DNA of 32,000 bases from NCBI RefSeq assembly GCF_052908335.1, contig NZ_CM128606.1; one strand, given 5' to 3'. The position numbers were made by a program, and so were the translations under genes. Shown here piece by piece: positions 1-9,796 of this stretch (within the stretch, counting starts at the first letter, position 1; each line of letters starts with the position of its first letter). The notes beneath the pieces are model-generated. The model saw nothing but the letters and a program-made list of their open reading frames with translations, ran no database searches and was not told where the DNA came from.

Positions 1-300
1 GGTCGCTGGGGGAACTACGCTGCGCAAAATGCCGCGCGTACACATTAATACATCGGCATGTTCAAACAGCGGGGCGATATTTATATCAATGCGTTCAAGT
101 CCGGTAGTCGGCCCCTGAAAATAACCATGATCAAAGGCCAGCATCACGGTATTACCCGTTTTCGGATTAAATATCCGCGATAAGCGTGACTGCATTCCCC
201 AATCCAGCGCACCGCAACCTTTCAGGGTAAAAGGGATATTTTGTTGCGGTTGATCGGTACGAAAATCTTTACCATCTTTAATATCGTCTAAATCTGCCAT
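1..300 (-). CDS. lsrF: LsrF (3-hydroxy-5-phosphonooxypentane-2,4-dione thiolase), 5' part; the gene runs off the window start
   Basis: Minus-strand translation from the ATG at 300..298 reads [49 protein letters not shown]..., which I recognise as the LsrF N-terminus. It lies directly downstream of lsrB, as in the lsr operon. Confidence 0.85.
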   Translation of the reverse strand, partial: MADLDDIKDGKDFRTDQPQQNIPFTLKGCGALDWGMQSRLSRIFNPKTGNTVMLAFDHGYFQGPTTGLERIDINIAPLFEHADVLMCTRGILRSVVPPAT

Positions 301-326
301 AACTTACTCCGGTTAAGTAATGCACA

Positions 327-1349
327 TCAGAAATCGTATTTGCCGATATTCTCTTTGTTGAATATCACGCGCTCCGGTAACAGTACGATGCCATTACCAT
401 CCGCTTCGTAGTCATAGCCCTGAACGCTATTTGGCGAGACTTCAACCTGACCTACGCCCTGGATATCCAGCTTGTCGCCCGTTTTCATTGATCCTTTTTT
501 CAATAATGCATCCGCGACATACACTGAAATTTTGCCTTGCTGAACCACATCCCACAGGCCAAATTCTTTCACCGTGCCGCGTTCCACATATGGACGCATC
601 ACGTTTGGCGTACTGAATCCGACAATCGCTACTTTGTCATTTTTCAAGTTTTCTGCGGCTTGTGCGGCAGCGGGCAGGGCGTTGGCATCGGGGGCGATAA
701 TGGCGTCGAGATCGCTATACGCTTTTAATATTCCTTCTGCGGTTTGTAATGATTTAGTGGCATCGTTATAGCCAAACTGCGTAGTGACAATTTCCCAGCC
801 AGGATGCTCTTTGGCGATTTTCGCTTTCGCTTCTTTCACCCACTGGTTTTGGTCCGTAACGGTGGGGCTTGAGTAGAAAAACGCGACTTTGGCTTTGTCT
901 TTATTCACCTGACGCGCCGCCATATCCACCAACATACCTCCCAACTGGGCGGGCGTTCCCTGATTAATGTAGTAAGAGCGGCACTCCGGTTTAGTATCAG
1001 AGTCCCAGGTCAGCACTCTCACACCACGTTGCATGGCGCGTTTCAGTGCCGGACACAAGCCATCAGGCGAAACCGCAGAAACGATAATGGCGTTATAACC
1101 TTGATTGACGAAGTTATTAATCAACTGTACCTGACCAGAAACACTGGGTTCTGTCGGCCCGTCGTAGGTCACATCAACGCCCAGCTCTTTACCCGCTTGT
1201 TGTGCGCCGTTGCCACCGCTGGTAAAAAATCCCACGCCAACCAGTTTGGGAATAAATGCAATACGCTCTGCGGCCTGCACATTCATAGAGATTGCGGCAA
1301 TGCCAAGAACGCTAAGTAAGGCGATTTTCTTAAAGCGATGAAGTGTCAT
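327..1349 (-). CDS. lsrB: Periplasmic autoinducer-2 (AI-2) binding protein LsrB
   Basis: 340-aa ORF with the signal peptide [26 protein letters not shown] and a ribose-binding-protein-like fold. Length and sequence match my recollection of K-12 LsrB. It is flanked by lsrD and lsrF. Confidence 0.93.
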   Translation of the reverse strand: MTLHRFKKIALLSVLGIAAISMNVQAAERIAFIPKLVGVGFFTSGGNGAQQAGKELGVDVTYDGPTEPSVSGQVQLINNFVNQGYNAIIVSAVSPDGLCPALKRAMQRGVRVLTWDSDTKPECRSYYINQGTPAQLGGMLVDMAARQVNKDKAKVAFFYSSPTVTDQNQWVKEAKAKIAKEHPGWEIVTTQFGYNDATKSLQTAEGILKAYSDLDAIIAPDANALPAAAQAAENLKNDKVAIVGFSTPNVMRPYVERGTVKEFGLWDVVQQGKISVYVADALLKKGSMKTGDKLDIQGVGQVEVSPNSVQGYDYEADGNGIVLLPERVIFNKENIGKYDF

Positions 1350-1360
1350 GAAGATATCCT

Positions 1361-2137
1361 TTATGGCAATGGGTTATTGGCCCGACGCGCCAGCCACTCT
1401 TTAATTTGCTGGCGATGCAGGCTAACGGAACGACCTACGACAACGACGATAAGTAGCGCACCGGAAAGGGCGCTGGACACCTGATTTGGCACTCCTGCCA
1501 TTTGCAAACCTTGTTGCAAATATCCCACTAATAAAACCGCAATGGCGGTGCCGATAATGGAACCGGAACCACCATAAATATTGGCACCGCCAAGCACCAC
1601 GGCGGTGATGGCGGGCATCAGAAACGACGCACCGAGATCGGAACGTGCTGAACCAAAATACGATACCAGCAGCACAGCGGCGACCGCAGACGCCAGCCCC
1701 GTCATGGCATAGAGCGCACATAAGGTGCGGTTAACTGGAATCGCGCTATAAAGCGCCACGCGCGGGCTTTGCCCAATCAAAAACACATTACGTCCGGCAT
1801 GGGTTTTATGCAGCCAGAGCCAGAAAACGAGGAGACATATCAGGAAGATAATCAGCGGAACGGGGAGTCCCAGCACATCCAGGTTAGCGAAATCTGTAAA
1901 CGCCATCGGGAATCCACCAATACCTTCGTACCCCGTCGCTCCGGCCATACCGGAAAGCAGCAGAGCGCTTCCGGCAAACAGATACAGCGTGCCAAGCGTA
2001 ATCACCAGCGGGTTAACTTTGGTATAGATAATTAATCCGGCGTTGATCAGCCCGCACAATGCGCCGAGCAGTAAGGTCAGGAGTATCGCCAGCGGCATCG
2101 GCACACCACTTTGAAACAGTACGCCCAATGCAATTGC
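1361..2137 (-). pseudogene. lsrD: lsrD, 5'-truncated (AI-2 ABC transporter permease); only about the C-terminal 258 of 330 codons are present
   Basis: The ORF-track protein from ...AIALGVLFQSGVPMPLAILLTLLLGALCG to ...[12 protein letters not shown] matches the LsrD C-terminal part. The first residues of the ORF (MAESEPK) are foreign sequence created by the deletion junction near 2137/2138. Confidence 0.85.
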
Positions 2138-3713
2138 TTTCGGTTCCGACTCTGCCATTAATATGGCAAGTCAACACATTAATATCCATAACAGCGGTGT
2201 GATGTCGGGAAATGTCACCACTGCAGGTGATATGAACGTTATGCCTGGGGGGGCACTGCGTGTCGCTAAAACCACTATCAGCGGCAACCTGGAGAATGGC
2301 GGCACGGTTCAAATGAATAGCGAAGGGGGGAAACCGGGGAATGTACTGACCGTTAACGGCAACTATACCGGAAACAATGGCCTGATGACGTTCAACGCGA
2401 CGCTGGGCGGCGATAATTCGCCCACCGATAAGATGAACGTGAAAGGCGATACCCAAGGGAACACTCGCGTTCGGGTTGATAACATTGGCGGCGTCGGTGC
2501 ACAAACGGTCAACGGTATTGAACTCATTGAGGTTGGCGGTAATTCTGCAGGTAACTTCGCGCTGACCACCGGAACTGTCGAAGCTGGGGCTTACGTCTAC
2601 ACGCTGGCTAAAGGGAAGGGGAATGACGAGAAAAACTGGTATCTGACCAGTAAATGGGACGGCGTAACGCCAGCGGATACACCCGATCCCATCAATAATC
2701 CCCCTGTTGTGGATCCGGAAGGCCCATCAGTTTATCGCCCGGAGGCCGGAAGCTATATCAGCAACATTGCCGCAGCCAACTCGCTGTTTAGCCATCGTTT
2801 ACACGACCGTCTAGGTGAGCCGCAGTATACAGATTCACTGCATTCTCAGGGGTCGGCAAGCAGTATGTGGATGCGTCATGTCGGAGGGCACGAACGTTCA
2901 AGGGCCGGTGACGGTCAGCTAAATACTCAGGCTAACCGCTATGTATTGCAGCTAGGCGGCGATTTGGCGCAGTGGAGTAGCAACGCGCAGGATCGCTGGC
3001 ATCTTGGCGTGATGGCAGGCTACGCCAATCAGCACAGTAATACTCAGAGTAATCGTGTGGGTTATAAATCGGATGGGCGCATCAGCGGTTACAGCGCTGG
3101 GCTGTACGCGACCTGGTATCAGAACGATGCGAATAAGACCGGCGCTTATGTTGACAGCTGGGCGCTGTATAACTGGTTTGATAACAGCGTCAGTTCCGAT
3201 AACCGTTCTGCTGACGACTATGATTCTCGCGGTGTGACGGCCTCTGTTGAGGGTGGGTATACCTTTGAAGCGGGAACATTTAGCGGCAGCGAAGGGACGC
3301 TGAATACCTGGTACGTCCAGCCACAGGCGCAAATCACCTGGATGGGTGTGAAAGATTCCGACCATACCCGGAAAGACGGAACGCGCATTGAAACGGAAGG
3401 CGACGGAAATGTGCAAACGCGACTTGGGGTGAAAACCTACCTGAATAGCCATCACCAGCGTGACGATGGTAAACAGCGTGAGTTCCAGCCTTACATTGAA
3501 GCGAACTGGATCAACAATAGCAAAGTCTACGCCGTGAAGATGAATGGTCAAACCGTAGGCCGTGAAGGTGCGCGTAATCTCGGTGAAGTACGTACCGGGG
3601 TTGAGGCGAAAGTAAATAACAACCTTAGCCTGTGGGGGAATGTCGGTGTGCAACTAGGTGATAAAGGCTATAGCGATACTCAGGGCATGCTGGGAGTGAA
3701 ATATAGCTGGTAA
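2138..3713 (+). pseudogene. yneO: Autotransporter adhesin remnant (C-terminal passenger repeats, linker and beta-barrel translocator), 5'-truncated
   Basis: The reading frame is open from the junction. The passenger has Gly/Asn/Thr-rich repeats (VTTAGDMNVMPGGAL, GNYTGNNGLMTFNATLGGDNSPTDK). The C-terminal about 280 aa has alternating beta-strand character and ends in ...GMLGVKYSW, a terminal aromatic typical of an outer-membrane beta-barrel. The position next to hipB matches K-12 yneO/ydeK/ydeU. Confidence 0.8.
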
Positions 3714-3720
3714 ACCGTAT

Positions 3721-3749
3721 AAGCCGCATGTCGAGATGGCATGCGGCTT
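3721..3749 (+). terminator. Stem-loop downstream of the autotransporter remnant (weak terminator candidate)
   Basis: AAGCCGCATG (3721-3730) pairs with CATGCGGCTT (3740-3749) around a 9-nt loop, 8 nt after the stop codon. There is no strong T-run. Confidence 0.4.
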
Positions 3750-3801
3750 AATATTGCCGACTTCAAACGGCGCATCAACGCCTTATTTAAATCCTCCTTT
3801 T

Positions 3802-3914
3802 TATCCGCGATCGCGGATATCGCAGCGTTTATCCCGTAGAGCGGATAAGATGTGTTTCCAGATTGACTTATCCTCACTAAAGGATAAAACTTATAATATC
3901 CCCTTAAGCGGATA
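3802..3914 (+). promoter_or_regulatory. hipBA promoter/operator region with four HipB operators
   Basis: Four 18-bp TATCC-N8-GGATA palindromes lie at 3802-3819, 3830-3847, 3869-3886 and 3897-3914, immediately upstream of hipB. This is the known HipB operator motif. Confidence 0.85.
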
Positions 3915-3935
3915 AACTTGCTGTGGACGTATGAC

Positions 3936-4202
3936 ATGATGAGCTTTCAGAAGATCTATAGCCCAACGCAATTGGCGAATGCAATGAAACTGGTTCGCCA
4001 GCAAAATGGCTGGACGCAGAGCGAGCTGGCGAAAAAAATTGGTATTAAGCAGGCGACGATTTCCAATTTCGAAAACAACCCTGACAATACCACGCTCACG
4101 ACATTTTTTAAGATTTTACAGTCGCTTGAACTCTCAATGACGCTATGCGACGCGAAAAATGCCTCGCCAGAATCAACAGAACAGCAAAATCTGGAGTGGT
4201 AA
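3936..4202 (+). CDS. hipB: HipB antitoxin / Xre-type HTH repressor
   Basis: 88 aa, MMSFQKIYSPTQLANAMKLVRQQNGWTQSELAKKIGIKQATISNFENNP...QQNLEW, which I recognise as HipB. The stop overlaps the hipA ATG (TAATG). Confidence 0.95.
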   Translation: MMSFQKIYSPTQLANAMKLVRQQNGWTQSELAKKIGIKQATISNFENNPDNTTLTTFFKILQSLELSMTLCDAKNASPESTEQQNLEW

Positions 4203-5524
4203 TGCCTAAACTTGTCACTTGGATGAACAACCAGCGGGTAGGCGAGTTAACGAAGTTAGCCAACGGCGCGCACACCTTTAAGTATGCACCGGAGTGGTTA
4301 GCAAGCCGTTATGCCAGACCGTTGTCACTTTCGCTGCCATTGCAGAGGGGGAGTATCACCTCTGATGCCGTATTTAACTTCTTCGATAACCTGTTACCCG
4401 ATAGCCCGATTGTACGTGACCGGATCGTTAAACGTTATCATGCCAAATCCAGACAACCGTTTGATTTATTGTCAGAAATAGGGCGAGACAGCGTTGGTGC
4501 CGTGACGTTAATACCCGAAGACGAAACCGTAACGCATCCGATAATGGCATGGGAAAAGCTTACTGAAGCCAGACTTGAAGAAGTATTAACGGCTTATAAA
4601 GCAGATATCCCGCTAGGCATGATTAGAGAAGAAAATGACTTTCGCATCTCGGTTGCTGGCGCACAGGAGAAGACAGCACTGCTCAGAATAGGCAATGACT
4701 GGTGCATTCCGAAAGGAATAACGCCGACGACGCACATCATTAAATTACCGATTGGCGAAATCAGGCAGCCCAATGCGACGCTCGATCTCAGCCAAAGCGT
4801 TGATAATGAGTATTACTGTCTGCTGCTGGCGAAAGAACTTGGGTTGAATGTTCCGGACGCAGAAATCATTAAAGCGGGAAATGTGCGCGCGTTAGCGGTC
4901 GAACGTTTTGACAGGCGTTGGAATGCTGAGCGAACGGTTTTACTTCGCTTGCCACAGGAGGATATGTGTCAGACATTCGGTTTACCTTCATCGGTGAAAT
5001 ATGAATCAGATGGAGGCCCAGGCATCGCGCGGATCATGGCTTTTTTGATGGGGTCCAGCGAGGCGCTGAAAGATCGCTATGATTTTATGAAATTCCAGGT
5101 CTTCCAGTGGTTGATTGGCGCAACGGACGGTCATGCAAAAAACTTCTCCGTATTTATTCAGGCTGGCGGCAGTTATCGACTCACGCCATTTTACGACATC
5201 ATTTCAGCATTTCCGGTCCTTGGCGGTACGGGAATACACATCAGCGATCTCAAACTGGCAATGGGGCTTAACGCATCCAAAGGCAAAAAAACGGCAATCG
5301 ATAAAATTTATCCGCGACATTTTTTGGCGACAGCAAAGGTGCTGAGATTCCCGGAAGTGCAGATGCATGAAATCCTGAGTGACTTTGCCAGAATGATTCC
5401 AGCAGCACTGGATAACGTGAAGACTTCATTACCGACAGATTTTCCGGAGAACGTGGTGACGGCAGTTGAAAGCAATGTGTTGAGGTTGCATGGACGGTTA
5501 AGCCGAGAATACGGTAGTAAGTGA
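4202..5524 (+). CDS. hipA: HipA serine/threonine kinase toxin
   Basis: 440 aa from MPKLVTWMNNQRVGELTKLANGAHTFKYAPEWLASRYARPLSLSLP... to ...RLHGRLSREYGSK, which I recognise as HipA. The longer ORF-track start at 4145 is an upstream in-frame extension overlapping hipB. Confidence 0.95.
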   Translation: MPKLVTWMNNQRVGELTKLANGAHTFKYAPEWLASRYARPLSLSLPLQRGSITSDAVFNFFDNLLPDSPIVRDRIVKRYHAKSRQPFDLLSEIGRDSVGAVTLIPEDETVTHPIMAWEKLTEARLEEVLTAYKADIPLGMIREENDFRISVAGAQEKTALLRIGNDWCIPKGITPTTHIIKLPIGEIRQPNATLDLSQSVDNEYYCLLLAKELGLNVPDAEIIKAGNVRALAVERFDRRWNAERTVLLRLPQEDMCQTFGLPSSVKYESDGGPGIARIMAFLMGSSEALKDRYDFMKFQVFQWLIGATDGHAKNFSVFIQAGGSYRLTPFYDIISAFPVLGGTGIHISDLKLAMGLNASKGKKTAIDKIYPRHFLATAKVLRFPEVQMHEILSDFARMIPAALDNVKTSLPTDFPENVVTAVESNVLRLHGRLSREYGSK

Positions 5525-5600
5525 GATATGGGGTTTGGTCATTGTTAATGAGCATGACAATCATGACCGCCAACGACTGGATTCTTCCTTGGTTTATATT

Positions 5601-5694
5601 AGTGCGCATAATGTGACACGCGTTATGTTGAAAAGGCCGCTGCGATACTCTCCACCGCAGCGGCCTTTTTATACATAACGTCATTGTGCGCACT
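5601..5694 (+). other. attL: hybrid dif/attP site, with two inverted dif-like sites flanking a GC-rich stem-loop
   Basis: Site 1 is 5601-5633, AGTGCGCATAA-TGTGACACGCG-TTATGTTGAAA. The stem is AAAAGGCCGCTGCG (5631-5644) pairing with CGCAGCGGCCTTTT (5656-5669) around an 11-nt loop. Site 2 is inverted at 5668-5694, with reverse complement AGTGCGCACAA-TGACG-TTATGTATAAA. Confidence 0.8.
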
Positions 5695-5699
5695 GAACC

Positions 5700-5855
5700 T
5701 TAAAGGATTTCAGTGTCCTTACTTAGTTTGTTGTGTATGGTCATCACCAACGGTGGGACAAGCGTTATCAGGCTGAATATTGTCATGCCTGTGATGCTGC
5801 CAACAACAAAATGCTTTATCAGCAGGTCAAGAATTAAGTCACTGGTTGTCTGCAT
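5700..5855 (-). CDS. Small hydrophobic protein (51 aa), not in the ORF track because it is under 60 aa
   Basis: My manual translation of the minus strand gives MQTTSDLILDLLIKHFVVGSITGMTIFSLITLVPPLVMTIHNKLSKDTEIL. It has one predicted transmembrane segment, is co-oriented with the three small regulator genes, lies just downstream of a duplicated 50-bp module, and is conserved in copy 2. No clear Shine-Dalgarno sequence is present. Confidence 0.45.
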   Translation of the reverse strand: MQTTSDLILDLLIKHFVVGSITGMTIFSLITLVPPLVMTIHNKLSKDTEIL

Positions 5856-5906
5856 ATTGCTTCTAGCAATCTTCGTATCGATAGGTAACTATGATGTTAT
5901 TTTTTT
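5854..5906. repeat. About 50-bp intergenic module, copy a (contains the palindrome TATCGATA)
   Basis: ATATTGCTTCTAGCAATCTTCGTATCGATAGGTAACTATGATGTTATTTTTTT. The 24-bp core AATCTTCGTATCGATAGGTAACTA (5868-5891) is identical to 6397-6420. It spans the 3' end of gene A and the start of the 51-aa ORF. Confidence 0.8.
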
Positions 5907-6085
5907 GTTGCATCCGTCTTTGCAAATTTCCTGTAGTCATCTTCTGTTATAGACTCCAGTCCTTTTGCGATTATCCATTCTAAAACTTTGGTATCTTTTA
6001 CTGGTATTGCCAGTGTTGTTACCACTTTTACAGTTTCTTTCTCTACCTTTCTCCATAAAACATCGTTTATGTGCTTTGTTGGCAT
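5897..6085 (-). CDS. Small ribbon-helix-helix-like protein A (62 aa)
   Basis: MPTKHINDVLWRKVEKETVKVVTTLAIPVKDTKVLEWIIAKGLESITEDDYRKFAKTDATKK. A GAGGT Shine-Dalgarno sequence lies 8 nt upstream of the ATG at 6085. The ORF-track start at 6145 is a less likely upstream extension. The pattern is a short beta-strand followed by two helices. Confidence 0.6.
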   Translation of the reverse strand: MPTKHINDVLWRKVEKETVKVVTTLAIPVKDTKVLEWIIAKGLESITEDDYRKFAKTDATKK

Positions 6086-6141
6086 TTTTACTACCTCTGT
6101 TTGATCTTTGTCAGCCCGTCTGTTCGATGCCGGGAAAGGAA

Positions 6142-6357
6142 TCACATTGCTCTTTTTTTCTTAAGTTCTTCTCTGCTTATTAAATCTTTCACGGCCTCAT
6201 CTAAGTAATTGTCTATTAAGTGATTAACTATTTCAGATGGTTTTAGTATCTCACCGGTCTTATTGCCGATTTCTAGCACTCTTCGTTTTAGCTCCAATTT
6301 TCTGTCTTCGTTGATTCTTACAGTTGTGTCTCCGCGCTTTGTTTCTTTTTTCATCAC
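6142..6357 (-). CDS. Small ribbon-helix-helix-like protein B (71 aa), candidate phage transcriptional regulator
   Basis: A GAGGT Shine-Dalgarno sequence lies upstream. TTVRINEDRKLELKRRVLEIGNKTGEILKPSEIVNHLIDNYLDEA fits a beta-strand/helix/helix (Arc/CopG-like) pattern. It is about 40% identical to protein C by eye. Confidence 0.65.
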   Translation of the reverse strand: MMKKETKRGDTTVRINEDRKLELKRRVLEIGNKTGEILKPSEIVNHLIDNYLDEAVKDLISREELKKKRAM

Positions 6358-6381
6358 AGTTTACCTCTATGTCCTGTCAAT

Positions 6382-6436
6382 ATATTGCTTCTTAGGAATC
6401 TTCGTATCGATAGGTAACTACTATGTTATTTTTTTT
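6382..6436. repeat. About 50-bp intergenic module, copy b (contains the palindrome TATCGATA)
   Basis: ATATTGCTTCTTAGGAATCTTCGTATCGATAGGTAACTACTATGTTATTTTTTTT. It spans the 3' end of gene C and the region upstream of gene B. Confidence 0.8.
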
Positions 6437-6608
6437 GGTTTCTTTGGTGGATCATGTCTTGTTTTGCGTCGTTTAAGTAGTTTTTTATCATAAAGTGTAC
6501 AACTTCCGACCATGTAACTATTTGCCCTGTTTTTTGGCTTATCTCAAGGGCTATCCTAGTAATATCCAGATATGTTGATTCTGTAATTGCTATTGCCTTT
6601 CTTTTCAT
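6426..6608 (-). CDS. Small ribbon-helix-helix-like protein C (60 aa), candidate phage repressor, divergent from rep
   Basis: A GGAGA Shine-Dalgarno sequence lies 7 nt upstream. KAIAITESTYLDITRIALEISQKTGQIVTWSEVVHFMIKNYLNDA is a paralogue of protein B. It is the first gene of the leftward transcription unit, opposite the Rep gene. Confidence 0.65.
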   Translation of the reverse strand: MKRKAIAITESTYLDITRIALEISQKTGQIVTWSEVVHFMIKNYLNDAKQDMIHQRNQKK

Positions 6609-6622
6609 TCGCTCATCTCCAC

Positions 6623-8723
<2,101 letters not shown>

Positions 8724-8753
8724 CTGAATTTTTAACATTGAGGAGTCTGATTT

Positions 8754-9179
8754 ATGAATCAAATTTATGACAGTTTTCCGTTTCCTTCCCCTGAGGGTTT
8801 TACTGCAGGTATGACAATGGCGGGATTTTTTATTCACGCCACTGTCATAAATGATGAGGAGTTAAAACCCACGGGTTCTCATTATAACCCTGAGGCTAAA
8901 CCCAAATATGCCATTGTTATTGGCTATCCGTATGAGGACCGAAAATTAAAAGTCCGCCGTGAGGAGCATGAGCGATTTTCCTGTACTGAGGAGGATTTTA
9001 AATTTTTTAATTCATGTCCTGATTTGCAGGGCAAACCTGTTTATCTCACGGTGGATGTTAACTCATGGTCGACAGGCTCTGAACGTCATGGTGTCTGGTA
9101 TCGTTTTATTTCCGGCTCCATGAAACGTTTTGACGGTCAGCCGCTGGGTGCACTGCCCGCAGGTAAAGAAAAAGGCTGA
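8754..9179 (+). CDS. Hypothetical 141-aa protein; positional candidate for the phage ssDNA-binding protein
   Basis: A GAGGAG Shine-Dalgarno sequence lies upstream. It is the gene immediately after rep, as for gV of Ff and rstB of CTXphi. I recognise no motif. Confidence 0.5.
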   Translation: MNQIYDSFPFPSPEGFTAGMTMAGFFIHATVINDEELKPTGSHYNPEAKPKYAIVIGYPYEDRKLKVRREEHERFSCTEEDFKFFNSCPDLQGKPVYLTVDVNSWSTGSERHGVWYRFISGSMKRFDGQPLGALPAGKEKG

Positions 9180-9183
9180 TGAT

Positions 9184-9324
9184 ATGTCTGACGCTGATTT
9201 TCTGAACTTTGTTTTATTTGCTGCGCCTGCAATGATTTTATTTTCTTCAGGTTTTGGCATCGGAATAAAACTGATTCGCGCCTGTGACTCACAAAGCATT
9301 ACTGTTCAGCGTTATTATGACTGA
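9184..9324 (+). CDS. Small hydrophobic protein (46 aa), candidate minor virion or assembly protein
   Basis: MSDADFLNFVLFAAPAMILFSSGFGIGIKLIRACDSQSITVQRYYD, with one transmembrane segment. The start is 2 nt after the preceding stop. The ORF-track start at 9130 overlaps the previous gene. Confidence 0.5.
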   Translation: MSDADFLNFVLFAAPAMILFSSGFGIGIKLIRACDSQSITVQRYYD

Positions 9325-9487
9325 ATTTGATTTCAGCGGTGTTTTATCCGCACTGAATTCTGGCGTACAGGACGGAGAACTTTACTGGGCCGTTCTGTAT
9401 GTCTGGATTGTCTGCTGGCTTCTTGGCTTTGGCCTTGGTGTTATTTTCACTCTGGTCTGCCGGATGTTCAGCGATGCTGTTAATTAA
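9317..9487 (+). CDS. Small hydrophobic protein (56 aa), candidate minor virion protein
   Basis: MTEFDFSGVLSALNSGVQDGELYWAVLYVWIVCWLLGFGLGVIFTLVCRMFSDAVN. It overlaps the upstream gene by 8 nt (9317-9324), suggesting translational coupling. Confidence 0.5.
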   Translation: MTEFDFSGVLSALNSGVQDGELYWAVLYVWIVCWLLGFGLGVIFTLVCRMFSDAVN

Positions 9488-9493
9488 TTTTAA

Positions 9494-9754
<261 letters not shown>

Positions 9755-9769
9755 TAGTTATTTAACGAC

Positions 9770-9792
9770 AGCGCCCTTCGGGGCGCTTTTTT
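9770..9792 (+). terminator. Rho-independent terminator after the major coat gene
   Basis: AGCGCCC-TTCG-GGGCGCT followed by TTTTTT. Confidence 0.85.
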
Positions 9793-9796
9793 AATC

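Noticed and set aside
2013-2504. 163-aa minus-strand ORF spanning the lsrD/autotransporter deletion junction
   Set aside because: It is antisense to the autotransporter passenger and out of frame with lsrD, and it has no homology pattern. It is a chance ORF across the scar.
3863-3897. TTGACT (3863-3868) and TATAAT (3892-3897) as the hipBA -35 and -10 pair
   Set aside because: The hexamers are good but are 23 nt apart, too far for a standard sigma-70 promoter. I therefore report only the operator cluster, not exact promoter elements.
4145-4201. 19-codon N-terminal extension of hipA in the ORF track
   Set aside because: The recognised HipA N-terminus (MPKLVTWMNN) starts at 4202 and is coupled to the hipB stop. 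The extension overlaps hipB in another frame.
5713-6493. Plus-strand ORFs 5713-5952, 5965-6183 and 6263-6493 (72-79 aa, Leu/Phe/Ser-rich)
   Set aside because: They are antisense to three minus-strand genes that have good Shine-Dalgarno sequences and paralogous RHH-like products. They are low-complexity, hydrophobic, T-rich-strand artefacts. One starts at a GTG without a ribosome-binding site.
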